From: Candidatus Omnitrophota bacterium | GTDB lineage: Bacteria; Ratteibacteria; UBA8468; B48-G9; JAFGKM01 | DNA: 64,000 nucleotides | Direction: 5' to 3' | Assembly (NCBI GenBank): GCA_023818645.1 | Contig: JAMWCJ010000001.1 | Location: forward strand, 9,584 to 73,583 | Shown here: piece after piece, positions 8,769 through 18,859 of the stretch | Position numbering within the stretch: position 1 is the stretch's first letter | Layout: every line of letters begins with the position of its first letter | Made by a program: the position numbers and the translations under genes | The notes under the pieces: model-generated | What the model was told of the DNA's origin: nothing | The model's database searches: none | The model's input: only the letters and a program-made list of their open reading frames with translations

Positions 8769-10064
8769 TTAACAAATCACTTTTGTTCCAAGATATTTTT
8801 TAACAATTTTTATTGCACAGTATTTACCACACATTGTACAAACATCTTTATTTTTTAAAGGGAACTTATTTCTTAATTTTTTAAATTTTTCTTTATCAAG
8901 AGCAATTTTCATCTCTTCTTCCCATCTTCTTTCCGTTCTTGCAATATCCATTGAAAAATCAAGTTCTTTTATATTTTTGATCCCTTTCCCAATATCTCCT
9001 GCATGTGCAGCAATTTTTGCAGCAATAACACCTTCTTTTACTTCTTCAATTCCTGGTAATGAAAGATGTTCACTTGGAGTAACATAACATAAAAAATCAG
9101 CCCCCTTCCATGCAGCAATTGCTCCACCAATTGCGGAAGTAATGTGGTCATAGCCAGGCGCAATGTCACAAACAATTGGTCCAAGAACATAAAAAGGTGC
9201 ATTATGACAGATCTTTTTTTCAAGTTGAACATTCGTTTCTATTTCATTAATTGGAATATGTCCTGGGCCTTCTATTATAACCTGAACATTATTTTCCCAT
9301 GCATATTTTGTTAATTCTCCAAGTGTAAGTAATTCTTCAATTTGAGCACTATCTGTGGAATCTATAATTCCACCTGGTCTTAATCCATCCCCTAAACTTA
9401 AAACAAGGTCATATTTTTTTGCAATTTCTAATAATCTGTCATAATTTTTATATAGAGGATTTTCTTTTTCGTTTGATATCATCCAAGAGATTAAAAATGC
9501 TCCTCCTCTACTTACAACAAGCGATTTTCTTGGGTTTTTTCTTAATCTTTCAATACTTTTTAAATTCAATCCACAATGGACAGTAATAAAACTTACTCCA
9601 TCTTGTGCATGTTTTTCAATAATTTCAAAAATTTTATCCTCATCCATTTTTATTATTGCACCCTTTTTATGTATTGCTTCTATTGCTGCTTGATATATTG
9701 GAACTGTACCTACCGGAACATTACTTTTTTCTATTATTTTCTTTCTTATTTTGTCTATATCTCCACTCGTACTTAAATCCATTACTGTATCTGTTCCATA
9801 TTTCTCTGCAATTTTTAATTTCTCTATTTCTAATGAGATGTCACATACTTCAGGAGATGTTCCTATATTTGCATTTACTTTTGTTTTTGTGCCTTCACCA
9901 ACCCCTAAATATTTTCCTCTGTGTTTTAAAATTATAACTTTACCTTCTGCAACTTTTTTTGCCAGTTCTTCAGGATTTATATCTTCTTCTTTTGCAATTT
10001 TTTTTACTGCTCCACTAACAATCCCTTTTTTTGCAATATCTTTTTCAAGCATAATACTTTTCAT
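8769..10064 (-). CDS. thiC: Phosphomethylpyrimidine synthase ThiC
   Basis: 431 aa. TVHCG motif and the C-terminal CX2CX4C cluster motif (CTMCGKYCA). Its start overlaps the ilvD stop. Confidence 0.9.
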   Translation of the reverse strand: MKSIMLEKDIAKKGIVSGAVKKIAKEEDINPEELAKKVAEGKVIILKHRGKYLGVGEGTKTKVNANIGTSPEVCDISLEIEKLKIAEKYGTDTVMDLSTSGDIDKIRKKIIEKSNVPVGTVPIYQAAIEAIHKKGAIIKMDEDKIFEIIEKHAQDGVSFITVHCGLNLKSIERLRKNPRKSLVVSRGGAFLISWMISNEKENPLYKNYDRLLEIAKKYDLVLSLGDGLRPGGIIDSTDSAQIEELLTLGELTKYAWENNVQVIIEGPGHIPINEIETNVQLEKKICHNAPFYVLGPIVCDIAPGYDHITSAIGGAIAAWKGADFLCYVTPSEHLSLPGIEEVKEGVIAAKIAAHAGDIGKGIKNIKELDFSMDIARTERRWEEEMKIALDKEKFKKLRNKFPLKNKDVCTMCGKYCAIKIVKKYLGTKVIC

Positions 10065-11716
10065 TTGAGAATTCCTCCTGTGTTGGCAGAATGGACAAGT
10101 TTTGAATATTTTTCAAGAACTCCTTTTAAATCCTTTTTTAATATCTTAATTTCTTTTTTCCTTCTTCTCATTTCTTCTTCATCTATACGGACTTCAATTC
10201 TTCTTGAAGGAATATCTATTTCAATTATATCTCCATCTTTTACATAAGCAATTGGACCACCTTCTGCTGCTTCAGGACTTATATGTCCAACACATGGTCC
10301 CCTTGTACCACCTGAGAATCTTCCGTCTGTAATTAAAGCAATTTTTTCTTCAAGTCCCTTTCCGCTTATTACAGATGTTATTGATAACATTTCTCTCATT
10401 CCAGGACCACCTTTTGGTCCTTCATATCTTATAACTATTACCCCTTCTTTTATTTTACCTTTAACAACTTCTTTCATAGCGTCTTCTTCTGAATTAAATA
10501 CAATTGCTTTTCCTATAAATCTTTTCATATTTTCTTTAACCGCTGACTGTTTTACAACTGCACCATTTGGAGCAAGGGATCCTTTTAAAATTGCTATTCC
10601 ACCTTCTTTCATATAAGGGTTTTCAATATCTCTAATAACATTTCTATCGTAAACTTCTGCTTTTTCAATGATTTCTCCAATTTTTTCACCCGAGACAGTT
10701 AAACATTCTTTTTCAATTAATCCTTTTTTGCTTAATTCTTTCATCACTGCAGGAATACCACCGGCATTATCTAAATCTTGTAAATGCTGTCCGGAAGCAG
10801 GAGAAAATTTACATATATTTGGAGTTATCTTACTTAACTGGTCAAAAATTTCAAGTTCAAGTTTAATTTGACCTTCATTTGCAATTGCTGGAAGATGTAA
10901 AACAGTATTTGTTGACGCACCAATTGCCATATCAACAACAATTGCATTCTTGAAACTTTCAAATCTTATAATATCTAACGGTTTAATATTCTTTTTAACA
11001 AGTTCAACAACTTTCATTCCTGTAAATTTTGCTAATCTAATTCTTCGTGCATCTACTGCAGGTATCGTTCCATTTCCAGGTAAAGCCAGACCTAATGCTT
11101 CTGAAAGACAATTCATTGAGTTTGCTGTAAACATTCCTGCACAACTTCCAGCACCAGGACATGCTCTTTCTTCTATAATTTTAAGTTGTTCTTCTGTTAT
11201 TTCTCCTTCTAAAAATCTTCCCACTCCTTCAAAAACACTTATTAAATCAAGTTCCTTTTTATCTGGCAAAAATCCACATAACATAGGCCCCCCACTTATA
11301 AAAATTCCAGGGATATTTAATCTTAAAAGAGCCATTAACATCCCAGGAACAATTTTATCACAACTTGCTACCACAACTATTCCGTCAAATTGATGTGCCT
11401 CTGCCATTATTTCAATACTATCTGCAATTATATCTCTTGAGACCAAACTATATTTCATTCCTTGATGTCCCATTGCTATTCCATCACAAACTCCGATAGT
11501 TCTAAATTCAATTGGAGTTCCACCTGCGATTCTAATTCCTGCTTTAACCGCTTCTGTAATTTTATCAAGATGTATATGCCCTGGGATTATCTCATTTCCA
11601 GAATTTGCAACTCCTATTATTGGATTTTTTATTTCTTCATCTGTGAGTCCAATTGCTTTTAACAAACTTCTATGGGGAGCTTTTAAATAGCCCTTTTTTA
11701 TATTATCACTTCTCAT
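10061..11716 (-). CDS. ilvD: Dihydroxy-acid dehydratase
   Basis: [19 protein letters not shown]...[10 protein letters not shown], and N-terminal [19 protein letters not shown]. The likely start is the ATG at 11716, preceded by GGAGGG. The ORF-track TTG at 11728 is 4 codons upstream. Confidence 0.9.
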   Translation of the reverse strand: MRSDNIKKGYLKAPHRSLLKAIGLTDEEIKNPIIGVANSGNEIIPGHIHLDKITEAVKAGIRIAGGTPIEFRTIGVCDGIAMGHQGMKYSLVSRDIIADSIEIMAEAHQFDGIVVVASCDKIVPGMLMALLRLNIPGIFISGGPMLCGFLPDKKELDLISVFEGVGRFLEGEITEEQLKIIEERACPGAGSCAGMFTANSMNCLSEALGLALPGNGTIPAVDARRIRLAKFTGMKVVELVKKNIKPLDIIRFESFKNAIVVDMAIGASTNTVLHLPAIANEGQIKLELEIFDQLSKITPNICKFSPASGQHLQDLDNAGGIPAVMKELSKKGLIEKECLTVSGEKIGEIIEKAEVYDRNVIRDIENPYMKEGGIAILKGSLAPNGAVVKQSAVKENMKRFIGKAIVFNSEEDAMKEVVKGKIKEGVIVIRYEGPKGGPGMREMLSITSVISGKGLEEKIALITDGRFSGGTRGPCVGHISPEAAEGGPIAYVKDGDIIEIDIPSRRIEVRIDEEEMRRRKKEIKILKKDLKGVLEKYSKLVHSANTGGILK

Positions 11717-11790
11717 TTTTCCCTCCAACTTTAATTAAATAAAAAAGAAATTATCTGTTTTCATTAACCAGTAAATCTTAATCAATAAAG

Positions 11791-11819
11791 ATGATACTGT
11801 AAAAATCTTTATATGTCAA
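11791..11819 (-). promoter_or_regulatory. Putative sigma-70-type promoter for the ilvD-thiC-def operon
   Basis: On the minus strand: TTGACA (11814-11819), a 17-nt spacer, then TATCAT (11791-11796). It lies about 70 nt upstream of the ilvD ATG. No TPP-riboswitch-sized leader precedes thiC. Confidence 0.35.
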
Positions 11820-11824
11820 TTAAT

Positions 11825-13003
11825 TCAAAACTTTGTAAGTATGATAGGTAGATGAATTAAAGATTTTTCAAATTTATTTTCAATCTCTCCTTCATTTGTT
11901 CCCCAGAAGTATAAAAGTCCATTTTTAAGTAATACAACAGAATAACATCCAGAAGCAGAAATAAGATAAGCATCTTTAAATAATTCTTTTCCATTGAAAA
12001 CTCTTATTGGGAAATTTACTTTTTTTAAAATCATATTTCCAAGTTGTCCAAATCTATTTCCACCAAAAACATAAACAGTTCCATCTTTAGTTAAAACAAT
12101 TGTATGATTTCTTCCACCAGAAACCTCAACAACATCTTTTAAATATCCATCCCCATTTTCTCCTTTTACTAAAACTGGTATATTTCTGTCTTTATAAGTT
12201 CCATTTCCAAGTTGTCCGCTCCAGTTTTTACCCCAAGCATATAAATTTCCATACTTATCTACTGCAAGTGAATGGAAAGCACCACATGAAATTTTTTCTA
12301 TATTTTTTATATTTTTCACTTTAACAGGATAAAATCTATTTTTATAAGTTCCATCTCCAAGTTGTCCAAATTCATTGTCCCCCCATGCCCATACAGTTCC
12401 ATCTTTCTTTAATGCAAGAATATGAAAAGCACCTGCTTTTATATCTATTATATCTTTCAAATATTTCATCTCTGTTTTAACTGGGAGGGGATAATTTCTA
12501 TTTATTGTTGAACCATCTCCAAGTTGACCATATTTATTATCCCCCCAAGTCCATACAGTTCCATCTTTTTTTAATGCAACTGAGAAATCCCATCCACTTG
12601 CAATTTTTATTACTTCATTGAAAATTTTTCCATCTTTATATCTTACAAAAACAGGGAAATTTGAACTTCTATTTGTTAAATTTCCAAGTTGTCCAGATAT
12701 ATTTCCTCCCCATGTTAAAATAAATCCATTTTTATGTAATACGATTGAATGTATATCCCCTGCTCCAATTTCAATTATATCTTTTAAATATTCTTTATCA
12801 TTTAACTTGACTTTTACAGGTCTACTTACATTCCTATTATTTCCATTGCCTATTTGACCTGATTTGTTCCATCCAAAAGCCAATACATATCCATCTTGAG
12901 TTAAAATTAATGTATGTGATTTACCACTTACAATCTTCAGTATCTTTTCCGAAAAAGCAAAATTATAAAACACAAATAGAAATATCAGAAACTTTTTTCT
13001 CAT
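11825..13003 (-). CDS. Secreted RCC1-repeat (seven-bladed beta-propeller) protein
   Basis: N-terminal signal peptide. Seven repeats of W G.N..GQLG(N/D)G. Each is followed by P..V and a hydrophobic blade. Confidence 0.75.
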   Translation of the reverse strand: MRKKFLIFLFVFYNFAFSEKILKIVSGKSHTLILTQDGYVLAFGWNKSGQIGNGNNRNVSRPVKVKLNDKEYLKDIIEIGAGDIHSIVLHKNGFILTWGGNISGQLGNLTNRSSNFPVFVRYKDGKIFNEVIKIASGWDFSVALKKDGTVWTWGDNKYGQLGDGSTINRNYPLPVKTEMKYLKDIIDIKAGAFHILALKKDGTVWAWGDNEFGQLGDGTYKNRFYPVKVKNIKNIEKISCGAFHSLAVDKYGNLYAWGKNWSGQLGNGTYKDRNIPVLVKGENGDGYLKDVVEVSGGRNHTIVLTKDGTVYVFGGNRFGQLGNMILKKVNFPIRVFNGKELFKDAYLISASGCYSVVLLKNGLLYFWGTNEGEIENKFEKSLIHLPIILTKF

Positions 13004-13023
13004 ACTTTAAATTAGACATAATT

Positions 13024-14145
13024 TTAAAATGGTAGGTTTAGTTTTAAAAGATAACTTCTTCTATAGTTTTCGTGGATGGAATCAAATGTAATGATATCTT
13101 CACTTTCCCATCTTGGATGTAAATCACATCTTATAGAACCTGTAATTTCTGGAGATGAATAAAATTTACCTATGATTACTTCTTCATCTCTTTCAATATT
13201 GAATATTTTAAGATATCTATAATTTTCAATAGGATATGTGTCATATAGAATAAATCTTTTATTTTTTGAATAAGAACAATGACCATCAATTTTTTGAATT
13301 TTTTCACTCAATTTTTTGATTTTTCCTGTTTTATCCTCTACTATCCAAAATCCTTTTTCTCCTTTTATTTCTGACCAAACTATTATTTCCTTTTCATCTT
13401 TCCAATCAAAATGAGAAATTAAATAAGAATCAATTAAATCATAAATTTCCTTCCCTTCTAAGTCACTTGTTATAAATCTTGTTTTAAATGGCTCGTCAAA
13501 TTTAGCCTTCCATCTGTTTACAAAACAAAATCTTGTTCCATCTTTATTAAATAAAGTATGATTAAACCATCCATAAGATTGATTTATTCCCTTTTCTTTT
13601 CTAAATTCAAGCATTTTAGCAAGAGGAATTATCAATTTTTTATTATTTTTCTCTATATCAACAAAATAAATACCATCATTTTCAGGCCACTTTTCTTTTT
13701 CGTATTTATCCTCTACCCCTACATAACCATATCCAGGCCTCCATTTAGCAAGTCGTGAAAAATTTAAACTTAAAGCAATTTTCTTCTCTGGGTATATACA
13801 ACTTATAGGACTATCAACTATTTTAGATTTTCCATCTTCTATATTATAGATTTTTGAAAAAAACTCTTTTTCTATCCTCACATTATAAATTATCTCTTGA
13901 TCAGATAACCATGAAATCATACAACCCTGTTGAAAATTCCAGGAATATGTCTCATCAAGTTTTTGATATTTTTTAGTTTTTATTTCTCCTATCCATATTT
14001 CTGCTTTATCATTTTCCTGTGGATCTCTATTTTGAAACGCAACTTTTAAAAATAGGAAATATTTTTTATCATAACTTAATTGTTTTTTATCATAATACCC
14101 AAAAAAGCATATAGTATTTTCAGGTGTTAATGGTAATACCACCAT
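13024..14145 (-). CDS. Oligogalacturonide-lyase-like beta-propeller protein (tentative)
   Basis: N-terminal LTPENTICFFGYYDKK..YFLF resembles the LTPPDVTCHRNYFYQKCFTRDGSKLLF segment I recall in Ogl. C-terminal CDLHPRWESEDIITFDS resembles Ogl HPHPSFTPDDKHVLFTSD. The assignment is from memory only. Confidence 0.45.
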   Translation of the reverse strand: MVVLPLTPENTICFFGYYDKKQLSYDKKYFLFLKVAFQNRDPQENDKAEIWIGEIKTKKYQKLDETYSWNFQQGCMISWLSDQEIIYNVRIEKEFFSKIYNIEDGKSKIVDSPISCIYPEKKIALSLNFSRLAKWRPGYGYVGVEDKYEKEKWPENDGIYFVDIEKNNKKLIIPLAKMLEFRKEKGINQSYGWFNHTLFNKDGTRFCFVNRWKAKFDEPFKTRFITSDLEGKEIYDLIDSYLISHFDWKDEKEIIVWSEIKGEKGFWIVEDKTGKIKKLSEKIQKIDGHCSYSKNKRFILYDTYPIENYRYLKIFNIERDEEVIIGKFYSSPEITGSIRCDLHPRWESEDIITFDSIHENYRRSYLLKLNLPF

Positions 14146-14327
14146 TTCTGTTTATTTTTTGTTTTTAAATCTATGTTTAAAACTCTTTATATTTTTATAT
14201 CTTATTTCTTATTTGTCAAAATCAAGACATCTTTCTGGAATTTATCATTATTTGTACTTTTACAAAAAAGTTATTTTGAAAAGATAGGATTTTATAATAA
14301 AATAATAATTGATATTGGAGAAAAGAG

Positions 14328-14780
14328 ATGGAAAATTTAAAAAAGTTAAAAATTATTTCAATCTTATTTTTTTTATATCCCTTACTTTTGGTTTTAATAG
14401 GAAAAATACTGATTTTAAATGGTTTTTCTTGTCTTGTAGTTAATTATGAAGAAAATGAAAAGATAAAAATTCTTATGAATGCCTTTTATTTTTTAGGACT
14501 TGCTATTTTCTTTTTCTGTGGTGGCCTTTCCGACTGGATATCCAAGAAACTATTTTCAAATAAAAAGAATGTTTTTGAAAAAAATCAAGCGTACTTTCTT
14601 TATATAATTTTAATGTTCTCTTTTTTAAATATAATTTCTACCTGTGGTTTTGTTGGATTTTTAATATGTGGAAATTTTGCATGGCTTGTTACTTTTTCTT
14701 TAATTAATTTTTTATCTTTGTTTTCATATTTCCCAACAGAAAAAAGATATAAAAGGAAGATTGAAATGTTTTATAAATAA
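14328..14780 (+). CDS. Hypothetical small integral membrane protein
   Basis: 150 aa with 4 predicted TM helices and no recognisable motif. Confidence 0.3.
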   Translation: MENLKKLKIISILFFLYPLLLVLIGKILILNGFSCLVVNYEENEKIKILMNAFYFLGLAIFFFCGGLSDWISKKLFSNKKNVFEKNQAYFLYIILMFSFLNIISTCGFVGFLICGNFAWLVTFSLINFLSLFSYFPTEKRYKRKIEMFYK

Positions 14781-14781
14781 G

Positions 14782-14853
14782 AGCGGGATACGGGATTTGA
14801 ACCCGCGACTTCGAGCTTGGGAAGCTCGCACTCTACCACTGAGTTAATCCCGC
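14782..14853 (-). tRNA. tRNA-Gly, anticodon CCC
   Basis: The reverse complement folds as GCGGGAT/ATCCCGC acceptor stem, ACTC/GAGT D stem, CGAGC/GCTCG anticodon stem with loop TTCCCAA, and GCGGG/CCCGT T stem with loop TTCAAAT. 72 nt. Confidence 0.85.
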
Positions 14854-14948
14854 TTATATATATTTTTACTCCAATTTTTAAAAAAATCAACTTTGAAATT
14901 GACTTTTTAATACCTTTTTGTTATAATTTTTTAAGGAAAGGGGAATAA

Positions 14949-15773
14949 ATGGAAGAATTGACAAGACTTAAAAATATTATTGTTTTTAAAGATGCAGAAA
15001 TAAAAAATCTTAAGAATGAAATTGAAAAACTTAAAAATATTATTTCTTTTTTTCCGGGAATTATTGTTATTCTTGATAAATATGGATTGATTGAATTTAT
15101 AAATAAAGAAGGGGTGGAAATCCTTCATTATTCGTCAGAAGAAGAATTAATAGGAAAAAATTGGTTTGATAAATGTATTCCTGAAAATATAAGAGACAGT
15201 TTAAAATTCGTTTTTAATAAAATTATAGAAGGACACATAGAAGAATCTAAGTATTATGAAAATTTAGTTGAGACAAAAATTAAAACATTGAAATTAATTG
15301 GATGGAGAAATTCATATATAAAAGATGAAAAAGGTAATATTTCAAAAACAATAAGTTATGGAATTGAAATTTCAAAAGAGAGTTTTGAGAAACAGAAGAT
15401 TGGTGATTATATAAAAATTTTTGATATTCTACCAGAAGCGATTCATATAATAGATAGAGAGTTTAAGATTCTTTTTTTCAATAAGGTTTTTGAGAAATGG
15501 AATAAAATTCTTGGATTTACTACCGATGTTATTGGGAAAAAACTTTTTGATATTTTTCCATTCCTCCCTGAAAAAGTGAAAGAAGAATATGAAAAAGTAT
15601 TTAACACTGGTGATATTTTGATAACAAAGGAAAAAAATTTTATTTCAGGTAAAGAGATTCTAACAGAAACAAGAAAAATACCAATTTTTGAAAAAGAAAA
15701 AGTAATTAATGTCATTACATTTATCAGAGAAATAGCAGATACCCTTAAAAATTATGAAGATAATATTTTGTGA
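14949..15773 (+). CDS. Stand-alone tandem PAS-domain protein (N-terminal coiled coil, no output domain)
   Basis: Two PAS-like folds are recognisable, each with a central ..G..L....N.. segment. There is no kinase, GGDEF or HTH domain. Confidence 0.55.
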   Translation: MEELTRLKNIIVFKDAEIKNLKNEIEKLKNIISFFPGIIVILDKYGLIEFINKEGVEILHYSSEEELIGKNWFDKCIPENIRDSLKFVFNKIIEGHIEESKYYENLVETKIKTLKLIGWRNSYIKDEKGNISKTISYGIEISKESFEKQKIGDYIKIFDILPEAIHIIDREFKILFFNKVFEKWNKILGFTTDVIGKKLFDIFPFLPEKVKEEYEKVFNTGDILITKEKNFISGKEILTETRKIPIFEKEKVINVITFIREIADTLKNYEDNIL

Positions 15774-16921
15774 ATTTTTTTTAGTTCTTTTCTAATTTCT
15801 ATTTTTTGTGGACATTTTTCTTCACACTGCCCACATTCAACACATGCATCTGCTTTTTTTCTTTCTTCTTTTCCTTCTGTTCCTATTTTTATATAATTTT
15901 CTTTATATTTTTTAGAACCCAATAGGATATATTGGTTATATAATTGAAAGATATATGGAATTGGAATATTTTGAGGACAGGGAAGACAATATCTACAAGA
16001 AGTACAGGGAATTTCTCCAAGTTTTTTTCTTTCCTTTATTATATTTTCTATAACTTTAATTTCTTCTTCATTTAAAAATTTCTCTGAACTTGCTATTTTT
16101 ACATTCTCTTCTACCATTTCTAAACTATTCATCCCTGAAAGGGCTATGGAGACATTTTTATTTGCAAAGACAAATTTAAAAGCAATTTCAACTGGATTCC
16201 TATATTTTTTTTTGAAAATATTCATTAAATAAGGAAAATCAGAAAGTCGTCCACCCCCAACCGGTCCCATAACCGCAACTCCGATTCCTTTTTTTGAAAC
16301 ATATTCAATACTTTCTTCATTGCTTCTATCAAGTATATTATATTGACATAAAATAGTTTCAAATATGTCAACCTGTTCTATAATTTTTTTCATATATTCT
16401 GGTTTATCATGAAAAGAAAAAGATATGTGCTTGATTATTCCTTCTTCTTTCGCTTTCAATGCTTCATCAATCAAATCTAATTTTAAAACTTTTTCCTGAA
16501 AACTTTGCCAGTTCAATGAATGAAAATGGTAAAAGTCAATATAATCAACATCAAGTTTCTTTAATTGTTCTTCAAGTATTCTTCTATAATCATCTTTTTT
16601 CTCTATTTGCCATAAAGGAGATTTAGTTGATAAATATATTTTATTCCTCCATCCTTTAATCGCTCTCCCCACAATAATTTCGCTTTTTTGTTCACAATAT
16701 CCATAAGCAGTATCAATATAATTTATACCAAGTTCAAACCCTCTTCTAATGATTTTTATTGATAATTCTTCGTCAATTGTTCTAACTCCATTTATTTCTT
16801 TTGTTGGCAATCTCATTGCTCCAAATCCAAGAATTGAAACATATTTTCCTGTTTTTCCAAATTTTCGGTAAAGCATCTTTTCCTCCATTTTTAAAATTTG
16901 TTGTGTGTAATAATAAGTCAA
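15752..16921 (-). CDS. Aldo/keto reductase fused to a C-terminal 4Fe-4S ferredoxin-like domain
   Basis: AKR N-terminus LYRKFGKTGKYVSILGFGAMRL. C-terminal cysteine clusters CTSCRYCLPCP and CVECGQCEEKCP. The true start is probably Met-12 or Met-16 of the ORF-track protein. Confidence 0.8.
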   Translation of the reverse strand: MTYYYTQQILKMEEKMLYRKFGKTGKYVSILGFGAMRLPTKEINGVRTIDEELSIKIIRRGFELGINYIDTAYGYCEQKSEIIVGRAIKGWRNKIYLSTKSPLWQIEKKDDYRRILEEQLKKLDVDYIDFYHFHSLNWQSFQEKVLKLDLIDEALKAKEEGIIKHISFSFHDKPEYMKKIIEQVDIFETILCQYNILDRSNEESIEYVSKKGIGVAVMGPVGGGRLSDFPYLMNIFKKKYRNPVEIAFKFVFANKNVSIALSGMNSLEMVEENVKIASSEKFLNEEEIKVIENIIKERKKLGEIPCTSCRYCLPCPQNIPIPYIFQLYNQYILLGSKKYKENYIKIGTEGKEERKKADACVECGQCEEKCPQKIEIRKELKKIHKILSS

Positions 16922-16947
16922 ATAATTTGTAAAAATTTTAAAATTAT

Positions 16948-17583
16948 TTATTCTTTATAGAATCTCTCTATATATGAGACAACTTCTTCTGGTTGGTCAA
17001 AAACTTTAAAAATTTTTAAATCTTTTTTATCAATATATTTTCTTTTTAAAAGAACCTCTTTTAACCAATCAATAAATCCATCCCAGTAAGCCCTATCCAT
17101 AAGGACAACAGGAAATTTGTGAATTCTTTTTGTTTGTATAAGTGTTATTGCTTCTGTAAATTCATCAAGAGTCCCAAAGCCACCAGGAAATATAATGAAG
17201 CCCTTTGTATATTTAACAAACATAACTTTTCTTGTAAAAAAATATCTAAAAGAAATGAGAGTTTTTATATAGGGATTAGGTTTTTGTTCCATTGGTAATT
17301 CTATGTTAAGTCCTACAGATTCACCACCACCTAAAAGTGCTCCTTTGTTTGCTGCTTCCATAATTCCAGGACCACCACCAGTTATTATTGTATAACCTTT
17401 TTCAGCGAGTAATTTTGCCGTTATTACTGCCTTTTTATACCAGGGATTATTTTCTTTTATTCTTGCAGAACCCCATATAGTAATGGCTTTATTTATTTTT
17501 TCAAGTGTCTCAAAACCATCAACAAACTCTGCCATAATTCTAAAAATTCTCCATGATTCTTCTTCATATCTGTTCTTTTTCAT
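16948..17583 (-). CDS. LOG-family (TIGR00730) nucleotide 5'-monophosphate nucleosidase / lysine-decarboxylase-like protein
   Basis: TIITGGGPGIMEAANKGA and PGGFGTLDE motifs. Confidence 0.85.
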   Translation of the reverse strand: MKKNRYEEESWRIFRIMAEFVDGFETLEKINKAITIWGSARIKENNPWYKKAVITAKLLAEKGYTIITGGGPGIMEAANKGALLGGGESVGLNIELPMEQKPNPYIKTLISFRYFFTRKVMFVKYTKGFIIFPGGFGTLDEFTEAITLIQTKRIHKFPVVLMDRAYWDGFIDWLKEVLLKRKYIDKKDLKIFKVFDQPEEVVSYIERFYKE

Positions 17584-18859
17584 CTTTAATTTCCTCTACA
17601 ATTAAAACTAAACCTTTAATATCAATAACTTTTATTTTTCTATCTTTTTCAATCTTCCCTTTTAAACTTCTACCCTTCCAGTATTCTCCATGGACAAAAA
17701 CCATTCCTTCTGGATTTAATTCAGTTATAGTTTTCCCTTCTTCTCCAATTAATCCTTCTTTGCCAGTTATTACTTTTTTTCTTTTAGTTCTTAATGTAAA
17801 CCATATAATAAACCAGATAAATCCACCTGTTAAAATACTTGTCAAAATAATAGAGATAATTGGAATTTTAATTTCTGATGTTTTTTTGAATAACATTAAT
17901 GAACCAAGAATGAAAGTAATAATTCCAGAAGTAATAAAAATTCCAAAAGTTGGAGTCATTGCTTCTATTATAAAGAAAATAAAACTTAAGATAATTAGTA
18001 TTAAACCAGCCAAATTTATAGGCAATGTATGTAGCCCAAAGAAAGCAAGAATTAAAGCAATTGTTCCAACAATCCCTGGTATCCCAAAACCAGGATGAGA
18101 AAATTCAAGTATTATTCCCCATATTCCTAATATAAGCAAAAGATAAGCAATGTTGGGGTCAGATATAAATTTCAAAATTCTATCCTTAAATTCAGGTTTT
18201 GCTTCTTTAATTTTAACATTTTTCGTATTTAGCACTATTTCTTTCTCATTTATTTTAATTACTTTCCCATCTATTTTTTTAAGTAAATCATTTATATCTT
18301 TTGCTTTTAAGTCAATTACTTTTTCTTTAAGTGCTTCCTCTTCTGTAGACGAAAGACTTTCTTTAACAGCTTTTTCTGCCCATTTTTCATTTCTGCCTCT
18401 GTATTTTGCAATTGTTTTAATAAAACTTACAGTGTCATTTACAATCTTCTCTTCCATTTTACTGTCTTGTTCTCCACCTGTAAGGGTAACTGGATGAGCA
18501 GCACCTATATTTGTAGCAGGAGCCATCGCAAGAATATGACAGGATAAGGCAATAAATGTTCCAGCAGAAGCACATTGAGAACCGCTTGGGTAAACAAAGC
18601 CAACTATTGGAATTTCTGATGAAAGTATCTCCTGGACTATTTTTCTTGTTGAAGAAAGTAAACCACCGGGTGTATCTATTGTTATTAGAACAAAGTCAAC
18701 TTTATTTTTTTTTGCTAAAGATATAGTATTTTTAATCTGATAATAGGTCACAGGACCAATTGCTCCATCTATATTTAAAAGATATCCTTCATTACCTTTT
18801 AAAGAATTTTTAAAGATTAAAACATATAAAATGAAAATCAATATCTTTCTTTTTCTCAT
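17564..18859 (-). CDS. NfeD-like membrane-bound ClpP-class serine protease
   Basis: N-terminal ClpP-like domain (PSGSQCASAGTFIA), then multiple TM helices and a C-terminal OB-fold NfeD domain. The likely start is MRKRKILIF at 18859, abutting the upstream gene. The ORF-track start at 18922 would overlap by 67 nt. Confidence 0.8.
   Translation of the reverse strand: MRKRKILIFILYVLIFKNSLKGNEGYLLNIDGAIGPVTYYQIKNTISLAKKNKVDFVLITIDTPGGLLSSTRKIVQEILSSEIPIVGFVYPSGSQCASAGTFIALSCHILAMAPATNIGAAHPVTLTGGEQDSKMEEKIVNDTVSFIKTIAKYRGRNEKWAEKAVKESLSSTEEEALKEKVIDLKAKDINDLLKKIDGKVIKINEKEIVLNTKNVKIKEAKPEFKDRILKFISDPNIAYLLLILGIWGIILEFSHPGFGIPGIVGTIALILAFFGLHTLPINLAGLILIILSFIFFIIEAMTPTFGIFITSGIITFILGSLMLFKKTSEIKIPIISIILTSILTGGFIWFIIWFTLRTKRKKVITGKEGLIGEEGKTITELNPEGMVFVHGEYWKGRSLKGKIEKDRKIKVIDIKGLVLIVEEIKDEKEQI

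Noticed and set aside
9576-11662. Multiple plus-strand ORFs of 60-147 aa (for example 9751..10068 and 10950..11393)
   Set aside because: They are antisense to the well-supported thiC and ilvD coding sequences. Their composition is the mirror image of the real genes, so they are spurious.
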